A DNA stretch of 64,000 nt, taken from the NCBI GenBank assembly GCA_965220085.1, contig CBDCOZ010000003.1, positions 512,001 through 576,000 on the forward strand. The letters are read 5' to 3'. The notes below the pieces were generated by a model that saw nothing but the letters and a program-made list of their open reading frames with translations, was not told where the DNA came from and did not search any database. This DNA is from Candidatus Oxydemutatoraceae bacterium (GTDB lineage Bacteria > Pseudomonadota > Gammaproteobacteria > Poriferisulfidales > Oxydemutatoraceae). The position numbers and the translations under genes were made by a program. Positions 40,424 through 50,741 of this stretch are shown in pieces (position 1 is the first letter of the stretch; the number at the start of each line of letters is the position of its first letter).

Positions 40424-40589
40424 GGGAACGGAAGCGTAACAGATAGTGCGGCTCGGGGTCATGTCCGGCCCATGTCGGGAGGCCTGTGGATATAACGCCC
40501 GATGGGGGAATAAACAGGAACATTCTCTATATGGCGCATAATGCGACATAACCGATTTGAATTGCCTTAAAAAGCGAGGCGTCACACAA

Positions 40590-40844
40590 ATGCAAGATAT
40601 TCTCATTGAACAACTTAATGGAATGAGGGAAACCTTGTCCAAAAACATTGAATCAATTAAATCTCTTATAGGCGCATCAAAATCACTTGGCGAGTTAATC
40701 AGCGAGCTTTCTAAAGAAGATGATGGCGACACTATTAAGACATTGGAATCCACACGAAAAGAAATCGATGAGTCAATTGATAACTTAATTCAACAAACCG
40801 ATGAACTGTTTGATGCCTACGCAAAGCTGGTAGAAAATATATAA
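40590..40844 (+). CDS. Small acidic coiled-coil hypothetical protein
   Basis: AT-rich ORF with GAGG SD and heptad pattern. Confidence 0.55.
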   Translation: MQDILIEQLNGMRETLSKNIESIKSLIGASKSLGELISELSKEDDGDTIKTLESTRKEIDESIDNLIQQTDELFDAYAKLVENI

Positions 40845-40891
40845 ATTAGCGCATCATATGTGGCAAGTTTGGCACGGGAAACAAAAAGAAT

Positions 40892-41179
40892 ATGCCGGAA
40901 GAGCAACGTAATAATCGGGTATCTGATTTAGAGAGAAAAGAAAAGACACTGCCTGATACGGCGGGCAAAAGGCGTCACCTTATAACTGAGAAGCGTCTCA
41001 GTCTTGCCGGCTGGACATTAGCGGGTTGCGGAGTACTGATGGCGGGTGCATTGGGTTTGTCTGTTTGGTCGCCTTGGCGAGCGGAAGTTAATATATATGC
41101 GACTTTTATTTATAGTTTATTTGGCATTGTCACTTTGGCATTGGGTTTTATAGCCGGTTCGGGAATAGACAGAGATTAA
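40892..41179 (+). CDS. Small two-TM hypothetical protein
   Basis: Charged N-terminus then two hydrophobic helices. Confidence 0.55.
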   Translation: MPEEQRNNRVSDLERKEKTLPDTAGKRRHLITEKRLSLAGWTLAGCGVLMAGALGLSVWSPWRAEVNIYATFIYSLFGIVTLALGFIAGSGIDRD

Positions 41180-41667
41180 GAAGCCGACCTCTTATAAGAA
41201 CCTCTTGCCAACGGCTTTGCCACATAGGCATCCGTCCGATTTGGAGAGCGCTCTTTCACATTCCCCTCATTCAAGCGGAAAGCGAACTCATCAACTTCCG
41301 CAACGGTGTCTTGGATCGTTCCGTAATCGTGCCGATGCGGACGATAAACTCGGCATCACACCCTTTGCGCCGGCGAACCGATCCGCTTGCCCTTGCGGGC
41401 GCTCAACCCCGTTGCCCCGGCGTTTCTTTCCAAGATGCGGTCGCGCGGAATCCTCTGCTGGGAATTTCCGCATGAATTGGAAGGCGGATATTGCATATTT
41501 GCGCATGGGTTTTCTCCTTGCGGGGTGTTTTGATTCCCAGCGCTTTTATTTTCCTCGCCTTATGCGGGCGGAGCCAAGCATATAAGCCCGGTATTGCTTG
41601 TAATAGCCTGCCGAAGCGGAATAGTAGTTATAATAGTTATCCGCTTCACACACGGACGCAGACAGCG

Positions 41668-42477
41668 ATGAATGAACATATAGCCCAAGTCGGTCAATAC
41701 CTACGCTACGAACGCGAAAAGCTGAACCTGTCGGCGCAAGATGTTGCCAGCCGGTTGCTGTTGCCGGTCAGCGCCATTAAGGGACTTGAAGGCGGCGACT
41801 ATGAGAGTCTGCCGGAAGTTGTTTACATCAGGGGTTATATCAGGTCGTATTGCGCGTTGCTCGGGATTGACTCCGGCCCGGCGCTCAAGATGTTTGCCGA
41901 ATCGACAGAAGCGGATCAGTCGTTATCCGAAGAGCCGGTCTATTCGCCGCTGGTCGATGAGCATGTTCAACGCCTGACCAGAATATGGGGGTCCTTGTTG
42001 CTCGTGACCATCATCATCATTATTCTGGTCGGCGGGTGGCATGAGCGGGAACGGTATTCGGTTGCGGCGCCGAGTTCCGAAGAGGAAGCGATGCCGGAGA
42101 CTGCGCTTGCCGAGGAACCGCACACGCCGTCTCCTCCGGCAAGCGGAGGGGGCGTCGCGCATTACCCGGCGCATGCGCAAGCGACGACCGCAGAAGACAG
42201 TTATATGGCGGCGCCCGATGCGGCCTCGCTGACCGTTGTCGCCAGCGGCGACAGTTGGGCGCATATTCAGAGCGCAGGCGGGGAAAGCATGGTGCGTCGG
42301 ATGCTGTCGGGCGGCTATCGAGAGACTTTCACGGTGCGCTTTCCGTTGCGCATAGAGTTTGGCGCGGCAAGAAATATACGCTTGTGGTTCAATGATGCGG
42401 AGTATGATTTGACGCCTCATACCAGCAATCTCAACACCGCATTTTTCCTGCTCGAAGAGTTTCCGACACCCGAATGA
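41668..42477 (+). CDS. rodZ: Cytoskeleton protein RodZ-like
   Basis: HTH with YIRGYIRSY, single TM, C-terminal DSWAHI domain; upstream of hisS. Confidence 0.85.
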   Translation: MNEHIAQVGQYLRYEREKLNLSAQDVASRLLLPVSAIKGLEGGDYESLPEVVYIRGYIRSYCALLGIDSGPALKMFAESTEADQSLSEEPVYSPLVDEHVQRLTRIWGSLLLVTIIIIILVGGWHERERYSVAAPSSEEEAMPETALAEEPHTPSPPASGGGVAHYPAHAQATTAEDSYMAAPDAASLTVVASGDSWAHIQSAGGESMVRRMLSGGYRETFTVRFPLRIEFGAARNIRLWFNDAEYDLTPHTSNLNTAFFLLEEFPTPE

Positions 42478-43739
42478 AACCGCTGATCAGATCCGTCAAA
42501 GGGGTGTGCGATGTGCTGGCGGAGCAAGCGGCGCGCTTCGATCGGATAGAGCGGCGGTGCATCGACTGCTTTGCCCGATCGGGCTATGAGGAAATCCGGC
42601 TTCCGCTCCTTGAGCGCGCGGACTTGTTTGTGCGTTCCATCGGCGGCGCGACCGATATCGTGCAAAAAGAGATGTTTAGTTTTGAGGATAAGCGGGGCGA
42701 TATGTTGGCATTGCGGCCGGAAGGAACCGCCGGCTGCGCGCGCGCGGCGATCGAGCACAATTTGATTGCCGCCCCTCGCCGCCTGTGGTACCGGGGCCTG
42801 TTTTTTCGCCGCGAGCGACCGCAAAAGGGGCGGCAGCGTCAGTTTCACCAATTTGGCGTCGAGGTATTCGGCATGACGGACGCCGCTATTGAAGCCGAAG
42901 TGATCGCGCTGACCGCTTTGCTGTGGAAGCGGCTCGGAGTCCATGGCTTGACGCTGAAGATAAACACACTGGGCGACGAGCGGACGCGCCGCGCGTACTG
43001 CGAAGAGTTGGTCGCGTGGTTGCGCCCGCGCAGCGGCGATCTGGATGAAGATTCGCGGCGGCGGCTTGACAGCAACCCGTTGCGAATTCTTGATAGCAAA
43101 AACCCCGGCACGTTGGAATTGCTGCGCGAGGCGCCGAAGATATCGGATTTTTTGGATGCGGAATCAAAGCGGCAGTTTGCGCAATTGCAAGACTTGCTTG
43201 CCGCTTCGGACGTTGCTTTTGAAAGCGATCCCTTTCTCGTCAGAGGGTTGGATTACTATAGCGGCATGGTGTTTGAGTGGCTCGGCGCGGGTGACGGCGC
43301 GCAATCGGCTGTGTGCGCGGGCGGGCGCTATGATGGCTTGGCGCAACGGCTGGGCGGGCGTCCGACTCCGGCCGTCGGTTGTGCCTTCGGCATAGAACGG
43401 ATATCTCAGTTGCCTGATATAATGGCAACCCCCGAACACCCCGCGGACATATATTTTGTTGCCGCGGGAACTTTGGCGATGGCGGAATCCCACCGTCTGG
43501 CCTTTCAACTGCGAGAGCGGTTGCCCGATTTGCATATCGTAGTTGATTGCGCGGGCGGCAGCTTTAAGTCACAGATGCGGCGGGCGGATAAGGCAAATGC
43601 CGGGCGGGCGATTATTCTGGGCGAGGATGAAATTAAACGCAATGCTGTGGCGGTGAAAGATATGAGACAAGGCGGCGAACAGGTCAGCGTGCCTTCCGAA
43701 GAACTGTCATCGCATATCGCAAAAGTCATGACATCTTAA
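42474..43739 (+). CDS. hisS: Histidyl-tRNA synthetase
   Basis: LRPEGTA, RERPQKGR, LVRGLDYY, GGRYD. Confidence 0.97.
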   Translation: MKPLIRSVKGVCDVLAEQAARFDRIERRCIDCFARSGYEEIRLPLLERADLFVRSIGGATDIVQKEMFSFEDKRGDMLALRPEGTAGCARAAIEHNLIAAPRRLWYRGLFFRRERPQKGRQRQFHQFGVEVFGMTDAAIEAEVIALTALLWKRLGVHGLTLKINTLGDERTRRAYCEELVAWLRPRSGDLDEDSRRRLDSNPLRILDSKNPGTLELLREAPKISDFLDAESKRQFAQLQDLLAASDVAFESDPFLVRGLDYYSGMVFEWLGAGDGAQSAVCAGGRYDGLAQRLGGRPTPAVGCAFGIERISQLPDIMATPEHPADIYFVAAGTLAMAESHRLAFQLRERLPDLHIVVDCAGGSFKSQMRRADKANAGRAIILGEDEIKRNAVAVKDMRQGGEQVSVPSEELSSHIAKVMTS

Positions 43740-43766
43740 TGAATATTGTTTTAGAGAGAAAAGCAG

Positions 43767-44444
43767 ATGGTTAAATCCCGACGACCTGTCGCAGAGGACG
43801 ACGGTCTTGTTGAATTGAAGCGCGCGTGGGGCGAATACGGTCGCAGTGTCTTCTTCGGCATCGTGATCGGCGCTGTTGCGATCGTGTCGTGGTTCGGCTG
43901 GGACCACTACAAAGAACAACGCCTGCGGCAGGCGTTTGATTTGTTTGTCGAAATGTCGACCGCGGCGGACGAAGACGATGCCGAGCGGGCGGAAGAGCTG
44001 TTTGCCGATCTGGAAGCGGCATATCCCGACACCGTGTATGCCGTTTTGTCCGCCATGGCGCGGGCGCGCTATTATGCCCGGCGCGACGATTTGGCGAAGG
44101 CGACCGAGAGCCTCGAACTGGCGGTTGATCACGCGACCCGCCAGGAGATTGAGTTTCTCAGAGGCATTGCGATAGTCAGGCTGGCGCGCGTGTTGGTCGC
44201 GCAGGGCGAGAACGATCGCGCATTGGATGTGCTGGCAACCGAACTGCCTCCCGGCATAGCCGCTTTGGCCGCCGAAGTGCGCGGCGATGTGTTGGCGGCG
44301 ACGAACAAAAAACAAGAGGCGGCCAATGCCTATCGCGATGCCTCAAGGCTGGACGATGTGACCGGGTTTCTGCGCATGAAAAGCCAGCGCCTCGGAGTCA
44401 AGCCGACGGCGGAAAACAATCCTTCTAATCCCGCGGGTCGCTAA
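43767..44444 (+). CDS. yfgM: YfgM TPR-like membrane chaperone
   Basis: N-terminal TM, RLARVL, EVRGD; between hisS and bamB. Confidence 0.85.
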   Translation: MVKSRRPVAEDDGLVELKRAWGEYGRSVFFGIVIGAVAIVSWFGWDHYKEQRLRQAFDLFVEMSTAADEDDAERAEELFADLEAAYPDTVYAVLSAMARARYYARRDDLAKATESLELAVDHATRQEIEFLRGIAIVRLARVLVAQGENDRALDVLATELPPGIAALAAEVRGDVLAATNKKQEAANAYRDASRLDDVTGFLRMKSQRLGVKPTAENNPSNPAGR

Positions 44445-44453
44445 GCAAACGCC

Positions 44454-45617
44454 ATGAAGCAGCCTGCGAACAAGGCGCGTCTGTCGGCGGCAACGATAGC
44501 GCCGATCGTTGTCTGGCTTGTAAGCGGTTGCGCTTATCTGCCCGAAAGCGATTACGAAGCGCCGGAAGTCACATCGCGCTTGCTGGTATCTCAGCCGTGG
44601 TCGCATTCCGCGGTAAAGGATTTTTCCGACAGCTATCTGCCTCTGGCCCCGTTGATCAGAAAGGGTCGGGTCTATGTGTCCGGGCCCGAAGGTCGCTTGG
44701 CGGCTTTTCGTATGAAAGACGGCAAACGCTTGTGGCAGCGCGCTTCCGAGTTGGAGATCAGCGCCGGTGTCGGCGGCGGCGGCGCGGCGATGGTGGTCGG
44801 CACCGCCGACGGCGAGGTAGTCGCTTTTTCTTTGCGATCGGGGGAGGAGATATGGCGGCGCGATATTGGCGATGAAGTCACTGCGGTATCCGCTCAGCAC
44901 CGGGGGGTTGTAGTGGCGCGCACCGCGACCAAGGTTGTCGTGTTTGATATCCGCACCGGCAACAGACGTTGGCAGCACAAAGAGAGTCGGCCGCCATTGA
45001 CGATCAAAGGGGCATCGCTGCCGGTTTTTTATCGCGAGTGGGCGTTCGCGGGGCTCGATAACGGTTACCTGATGGCGATCAATCTGGAGGATGGCAAGGT
45101 TCTGCGCGAGATGCGCTTGGGGGTGGATGTCGGCAGCGGCGATTTGGACCGTATCGTGGATGTGGACGGGCGCATGGCGATTAAGGCCGGGGTTTTGTAC
45201 GCGGCGGCGTATCAAGGGCGCACGATTGCGGTAGACCTTGAGCGCGGCAACGTGGCGTGGACTAGAGACATGTCTTCGCAGTCCGGTCTGGATGTCGGCG
45301 ACAAAGCGGTTTTTATTACAACGACGGATAATCGGGTGGCGGCGCTGAGTCGCAAGACGGGCAAGGAACTATGGTTTAATGATTCTTTTCAGGATACGCG
45401 CCTGAGCGCTCCTCGGGTAGTCGGTTCTTTTGTTTTGGTGGGCGATAGCCGCGGTCATTTGTACTGGTTGTCAAAGAAGAGCGGCAAGGCGGTCGAGCGC
45501 ACCGACCTGGCGACGGATTCGCCCGCGGAGTTTCGTGTCAGCGGCAAGAATATTATCGCGCTGGATAAGGAGGGGCATCTGTCCGCAGTCCGTCTGGCGG
45601 GTTATCGCAAGCGCTAA
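44454..45617 (+). CDS. bamB: Outer membrane assembly lipoprotein BamB
   Basis: Lipobox VSGC, PQQ-like propeller repeats, DRIVDVD. Confidence 0.88.
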   Translation: MKQPANKARLSAATIAPIVVWLVSGCAYLPESDYEAPEVTSRLLVSQPWSHSAVKDFSDSYLPLAPLIRKGRVYVSGPEGRLAAFRMKDGKRLWQRASELEISAGVGGGGAAMVVGTADGEVVAFSLRSGEEIWRRDIGDEVTAVSAQHRGVVVARTATKVVVFDIRTGNRRWQHKESRPPLTIKGASLPVFYREWAFAGLDNGYLMAINLEDGKVLREMRLGVDVGSGDLDRIVDVDGRMAIKAGVLYAAAYQGRTIAVDLERGNVAWTRDMSSQSGLDVGDKAVFITTTDNRVAALSRKTGKELWFNDSFQDTRLSAPRVVGSFVLVGDSRGHLYWLSKKSGKAVERTDLATDSPAEFRVSGKNIIALDKEGHLSAVRLAGYRKR

Positions 45618-45653
45618 GCCGCGTTTGCAACGTCATATCGCGCGGGTGGCGCC

Positions 45654-46946
45654 ATGTTGAAAGTCGCTCTGATCGGCCGCCCTAATGTGGGCAAATCCGC
45701 CTTATTCAATCGTTTGGCAGGAAGCAGAAAAGCGATCGTTTCGCCTGTGCCGGGCGTCACCCGCGACCGTCATTACGCGACTGTCGAGAGAGACGGCAAG
45801 CTGTTTCTTTTGATCGACACCGGCGGCTTGCAAGGCGAGGGCGAATTGGACGATCAGATCGCCGCGCAAGCGAAGCATGCCATTGACGAGAGCAGCTTGC
45901 TGTGCTTCGTCGTGTCCGCCGCCGACGGTCTGATTCCCGCCGATGAGATTTTGCTGAACGAATTGCGCCGCGCGAACAAGCCGATCTGGCTGGTTGTCAA
46001 CAAGACGGACGGGCGCGACGAACGCTTTGTGGCAAGCGAGTTTGCTCCGCTTGGCATGGCGGATTGCTTTTATACCGTCGCGGTTTCCAATCGCGGCGTG
46101 CCGGGTTTGCTCGAGAAAATGCTGGCGCAGGTCGGCGAAGCCCGCGACACGGAGCGGGATGACGGCATCCGCGTGGCCTTTGTCGGGCGTCCCAATGTCG
46201 GCAAGTCCACGTTAATCAATGCCTTGCTTGATGAGCGGCGGTTGCTGACATCGCCGTTGCCGGGAACGACGCGGGATAGCATATATGTTCCGTTTTCTTA
46301 TCGGCAGCGGCAGTTCACGCTGGTCGATACGGCCGGTGTCAGGCGCAAGTCAAAAGTGATTGTCGATGAAGAGCGGTTTAGCGTCATCAAGTCCTTGGAA
46401 AATATTGCGCTGGCGGATGTGGTCGTAATCGTCTGTGATGTGAGCGAGGGGATTGCCGATCAGGATTGCCAACTGATTGCGCAAGCGGCGGCGCAAGGTC
46501 GCAGCCTGCTGATTGCGCTGAACAAATCGGACTTGTTAAACGATGATCTCGAGATACATTTGCAACGGACGCTGGATATGCGCTTGCGCTTCGTCGACTA
46601 TGCAAAGAAGCAGCGTATCTCGGCACAGTCGGGCGCCGGCCTGGAACAGCTGATGGATACGGTTGCCGCGCTCTATCAACGGGCGGCGACGCGTATTCCG
46701 ACTTCGCGTTGCAACGAGCTGTTGCGGCAGGCATTGGAAAAGCATCCGCCGCCAATCGTCGGCGGGCGCCGGCCCGCTTTGCGCTATATGTTTCAGGAGG
46801 GCGCGCACCCGCCGAGTTTTGTCATCTATGGCAGGCGCGTCGATAAGTTGCCCGATTCGTATCGGCGTTATTTGTCTTCTTATCTTCGCCGGCGCTTGTC
46901 GCTGGATGCGACGCCGGTTCGGGTCGAATTTCGCTTGGCAGATTAG
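45654..46946 (+). CDS. der: Ribosome biogenesis GTPase Der
   Basis: Two GRPNVGKS G-domains. Confidence 0.97.
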   Translation: MLKVALIGRPNVGKSALFNRLAGSRKAIVSPVPGVTRDRHYATVERDGKLFLLIDTGGLQGEGELDDQIAAQAKHAIDESSLLCFVVSAADGLIPADEILLNELRRANKPIWLVVNKTDGRDERFVASEFAPLGMADCFYTVAVSNRGVPGLLEKMLAQVGEARDTERDDGIRVAFVGRPNVGKSTLINALLDERRLLTSPLPGTTRDSIYVPFSYRQRQFTLVDTAGVRRKSKVIVDEERFSVIKSLENIALADVVVIVCDVSEGIADQDCQLIAQAAAQGRSLLIALNKSDLLNDDLEIHLQRTLDMRLRFVDYAKKQRISAQSGAGLEQLMDTVAALYQRAATRIPTSRCNELLRQALEKHPPPIVGGRRPALRYMFQEGAHPPSFVIYGRRVDKLPDSYRRYLSSYLRRRLSLDATPVRVEFRLAD

Positions 46947-47041
46947 CCATTGGCGGTATGAAACCGCCGTTTGTCATCTAAATCAGCGTGTCTGTCAGAT
47001 AAGTCTCCGCGCCCCGCTATATTGTGGCACAGAATTCGGGC

Positions 47042-48463
47042 ATGATGTTCGGGCATGACATAACAGGCATAGATTTCTCGCCATTTTCCATTCGTATGGC
47101 AAATGCGACGGAGTCGCGGGTCGGGCGCAAGTCGCTTGCGACCGCGCAGATGACGATGCCCTGCTCTGCTTGGGATGCGGTGCGGGAGCGCCGGGGCGAG
47201 TACGTCGATGCGTTGCGCAAAGCATACGCTTTGACGCGCGGGCGTTCGCGCGCATGCAATATGAGCCTGCCGTGTGATGCCGGCAAGTATCACGTTTTTG
47301 ATTGTTCGCAGGTTGAGAGCGGAGTCTTGCGCAAGTTGACAGACAACCCCGGCTTTTGGCGCAAGCATCTGGGGGTTGCGGTTGACGATTACGACTGCAA
47401 GCGGGAGCGTGTCGCGGATAAGATGCTGATGACAGCGATACCGCTGGCTGCGGTCGAGTTTTACCGGGAGTTACTGGGCGGCGCGGGTTTGAAATTGCAT
47501 GCCTTGAACCTTTCGTGTGCGGACTATCTCTGTCTGGTGCGCGCGTCCGCGCGCCGCCTTTTGACCGTCAGCCCGTACGAGGCGTGCTTTGTGAATCGCA
47601 CCGCAAACAGTTTTGATTTTAAGCACATCGCCATCGCCGATATGCCGCTTGCGCCGGATATGCCGGCAAAACTGCTCGACCTCATCGCCGCCGGATTCGC
47701 GGATGATATGCGCGAATTGCGCGGCGATGATGCGCCCGTCGAAGTGGCTCTGACATTGCCGCCCGGTATCGGCGAAGACATGCCCGAGCGATTGCGCGAA
47801 GCGTTTCCCGACATCGATTTCAAGCGCATGAGCGGGGTATCCGCTGCCGGGGCGGAGATTGAAGCGGATATGCATCGTTGCGCGGCGATCAGCGCTTGGC
47901 GGATGCCGGCGCGGCGACGGGGCGCGATGCTTCCCGATCGGAAACGGTCGGGTGTTCTTGCGACCAGAGCGGGTTGGCTTGTGCTCGCCGCGCTGATTCC
48001 GCTTCTGGCTGTTTGGTATTTTGATCTGAAAGAGGAGAACCGGAGCCTGTCGCCGTCCTTTGAGCGCCAACTTGAACAGGCCGAGCAATATTCGCAGTTG
48101 CGGTTATCGGAAGCCAAGGCAAAGCAGAAGCTGGCGTATTGGGAGAACTTGCGCAAAAAGAGCCGCGAGGTGCTGGATGTCAGGGATGCGCAACCCGATT
48201 TCTTCCGCCTTCTCTCCGCCATCCTGCCGACAAAGTTTCGGCTGGATAGGGCGCATTGTGTTCGCGCGCGCAGTTGTCGCTTGTCGGGAGTCGCGCCGTC
48301 TTATCAAGCGGTCGTGCTGTTTTTGAAGGAATTGGAAAAGTCGCCCGCTATCGCCCGCGCTTCGCTGCGGGATGTCTCGGGGGTCGGCGACGGGCGGGCG
48401 ATGAAGTTTCTCATTGAATGCGATTATGCGGCGGCGGCGAGCGAGGCTGCGGGAGACAGGTAG
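47042..48463 (+). CDS. PilM-PilN-like fusion protein
   Basis: N-terminal GIDF..FSIR, central TM, C-terminal LSGVA.SY..V..F..ELEKSP; first gene of the pil cluster. Confidence 0.6.
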   Translation: MMFGHDITGIDFSPFSIRMANATESRVGRKSLATAQMTMPCSAWDAVRERRGEYVDALRKAYALTRGRSRACNMSLPCDAGKYHVFDCSQVESGVLRKLTDNPGFWRKHLGVAVDDYDCKRERVADKMLMTAIPLAAVEFYRELLGGAGLKLHALNLSCADYLCLVRASARRLLTVSPYEACFVNRTANSFDFKHIAIADMPLAPDMPAKLLDLIAAGFADDMRELRGDDAPVEVALTLPPGIGEDMPERLREAFPDIDFKRMSGVSAAGAEIEADMHRCAAISAWRMPARRRGAMLPDRKRSGVLATRAGWLVLAALIPLLAVWYFDLKEENRSLSPSFERQLEQAEQYSQLRLSEAKAKQKLAYWENLRKKSREVLDVRDAQPDFFRLLSAILPTKFRLDRAHCVRARSCRLSGVAPSYQAVVLFLKELEKSPAIARASLRDVSGVGDGRAMKFLIECDYAAAASEAAGDR

Positions 48464-48468
48464 CGGAT

Positions 48469-49026
48469 ATGGCCGGGTTACACATGGATTACAAGCGGTT
48501 TAAACATCTCTCAATGGGGCTTTGCGCCGCTTTGGTCGCGATCGTTTTCTTTTTTCTGATACGGCCGTTGGAAGCGCAAAACGACGACATGAAGCAAGAG
48601 ATTGTCCGCGCCGAAGCGACGCTGCGCAACATCCGCGAGGCGCAAGACCGGCATGCGGCGCTGTCTCTGCGCCTTGAGAAACTGAGAGTATTGGTGGTGC
48701 GCATCGTGGCGGAATCTTTCCGCTCGCCGCCCTTGTATTCGGTGCACAATGACTTGGGGCGGCTGCTGTCTGTCAACGGCATCCGGATCATGGCGGTTGA
48801 AAAGTCCGAGCGCGGCGGTGATTCGGCGGCGGACGGATTCTTTGCCAGACACCGTTCGATGTGGAAATTGAGAGGCGGCTTTCGCAACTATATCGCGTTT
48901 AAGGAAGCGCTGACCGCCTACCGCGAGGCGGCTATTCATATCGACGAAGAGAAACTGTCCAAAGGCAAAGACGATGTCCTCAACATTGAGATTCGCCTGT
49001 CGGCATACCAATTTGAGAGCGCGTGA
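48469..49026 (+). CDS. PilO-like protein
   Basis: TM, coiled coil, LRGGF..Y; position. Confidence 0.6.
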   Translation: MAGLHMDYKRFKHLSMGLCAALVAIVFFFLIRPLEAQNDDMKQEIVRAEATLRNIREAQDRHAALSLRLEKLRVLVVRIVAESFRSPPLYSVHNDLGRLLSVNGIRIMAVEKSERGGDSAADGFFARHRSMWKLRGGFRNYIAFKEALTAYREAAIHIDEEKLSKGKDDVLNIEIRLSAYQFESA

Positions 49027-49343
49027 CGATGCGATACGGCTTGATACTGTTGGTTGTCTTTGCGCTTCCGTTGAGTTGGGCGCAACGCGATCCGTTTGCT
49101 TACGATACGGAGACGAAGTCTGTCGCGCCGCTGTATTCGCATCCGCTTGCGAGCCTGACCGTTGTCGGCGTCATCATCGCCGACGGCAAGGCGCTCGCTA
49201 TCGTGCGCGCGCCGGATGAAACGCTTCATATCGTCGGGGTCGGCGGCTTGCTGGGAGAAGAAAAGAAGCCGATAGCGTCTATCGATGCGCTGGGAATACA
49301 CATCGACGGCGCCGAAGGTTTGTTATTGCCTTACAAAGAATAG
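49023..49343 (+). CDS. pilP: Pilus assembly protein PilP-like
   Basis: RDPF, PLASLTVVGVI, ALAIVRAPD. Confidence 0.75.
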   Translation: MTMRYGLILLVVFALPLSWAQRDPFAYDTETKSVAPLYSHPLASLTVVGVIIADGKALAIVRAPDETLHIVGVGGLLGEEKKPIASIDALGIHIDGAEGLLLPYKE

Positions 49344-49354
49344 GAGGGGGTGTT

Positions 49355-50734
49355 ATGCGATTGCTTATTATTTTGTCGGCCTTGGCGATGGTGTCGTGTG
49401 CCAAAGCGCCGGGCTTTGACGCGGATGAGAAATTGGTCGATGAGAAGGGCTTTATAGCCGACTGGAAAGAGAGTCGCAAAGCGCCCGCCGCCGCTTCGCC
49501 CGGCGCAGAGACTCCGCCCGAGGAGAGTGTGTCCCGTGTCGGCATTGCGCGCGGCGAAGGCGCGCGCTCGCTGTTTCCGGATAGGCTTGCGGATGCGCGA
49601 CAACTGCCGCTTGAGAACCTGCGGCTCAACGAGGTGCCGCTGCGGGTATTTGTCAAGACGCTGGCGCTTATGAGCGGCTATAACATTGTCGTCGCGCCGA
49701 GTGTGAACCCGCTTCTGAGCATTGATCTGACGGCGATCGATTGGCGCGATGCGCTGTATCTGATTGCCGACATACACAACTTTGACATCGTGCAAAACGG
49801 CCGCCTGATTTATATCAAAGGCTCGGATGCGCCGCGCCCGAATGCCGCAAACGAGGCGCTGGCGTCCGATATCGAGCTGTTCAGGCTGCGTTATGCCGAG
49901 CCGGATACCGTCAAGGAGCTGCTTGCGCCTTTGCTGCAAACCGGCGCCGAGCAATCGGCCGGCGCCGTTATCACCGTCGATGAGCGCACCCGATCGATCA
50001 TTGTGAAGGGCGGCAGAAACCAGATAGCGCTTGCCGAATCGCTGATACGCAATGTCGATATCAGAACGCACCAGATCATGATCGAAGCGTTCATCGTCGA
50101 GGCCGGAGATGATTTTGAGCGTAATTTGGGCGCGCGTCTGGGGCGGGCGCCGGACGGGGTTATCGATCCGACCCGAGGCGCGTATGTCAATCTGCCCGAA
50201 ACCGTTTTCTCCGGCAGCCTGGGGGTTTTATTCGGCCACGGGCGCGGGCGTTTCAAATTGGAACTGACCGCGCTGGAGAACGAGGGCAAGAGCCGTATCA
50301 TCTCAAACCCCAGAATATTCACGCTGGATAATCAGCAGGCGGTTATTTTCCAAGGCGACGAAGTGCCTTATCAGACCGTTTCGGACCGCGGCACCCGCAC
50401 GCAGTTTAAGCAGGCCGGCTTGCGTTTGCAGGTGACGCCGAGCGTGGTCGATGAGGGGCGGCTGATGTTGGCCGTATCCATTAACAAGGATACGGTCGAT
50501 ACGAGAATCAGCAACCCGCCTATCACCCGCCGCGAACTGACGAGCCATCTGTTGGTAAACGACGGCGACATCGTCGTGATAGGAGGCATCCGTCTTGATT
50601 CCAGCATCAATTCGGTCGGCAGCGTGCCGCTCGTTTCCTCAATTCCGGTCTTCGGTCGGATACTGTCGCGGCGTCAACACGAGCGCGATGTGAGAGAGTT
50701 GCTTGTTTTTATCTCGCCGAAAATAATTTTGTAG
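49355..50734 (+). CDS. pilQ: Secretin (PilQ-like), short, with lipobox-like signal
   Basis: DERTRSII, QIMIEAFIVE, LQVTP, ELLVFISPKII. Confidence 0.88.
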   Translation: MRLLIILSALAMVSCAKAPGFDADEKLVDEKGFIADWKESRKAPAAASPGAETPPEESVSRVGIARGEGARSLFPDRLADARQLPLENLRLNEVPLRVFVKTLALMSGYNIVVAPSVNPLLSIDLTAIDWRDALYLIADIHNFDIVQNGRLIYIKGSDAPRPNAANEALASDIELFRLRYAEPDTVKELLAPLLQTGAEQSAGAVITVDERTRSIIVKGGRNQIALAESLIRNVDIRTHQIMIEAFIVEAGDDFERNLGARLGRAPDGVIDPTRGAYVNLPETVFSGSLGVLFGHGRGRFKLELTALENEGKSRIISNPRIFTLDNQQAVIFQGDEVPYQTVSDRGTRTQFKQAGLRLQVTPSVVDEGRLMLAVSINKDTVDTRISNPPITRRELTSHLLVNDGDIVVIGGIRLDSSINSVGSVPLVSSIPVFGRILSRRQHERDVRELLVFISPKIIL

Positions 50735-50741
50735 AAGGGTT

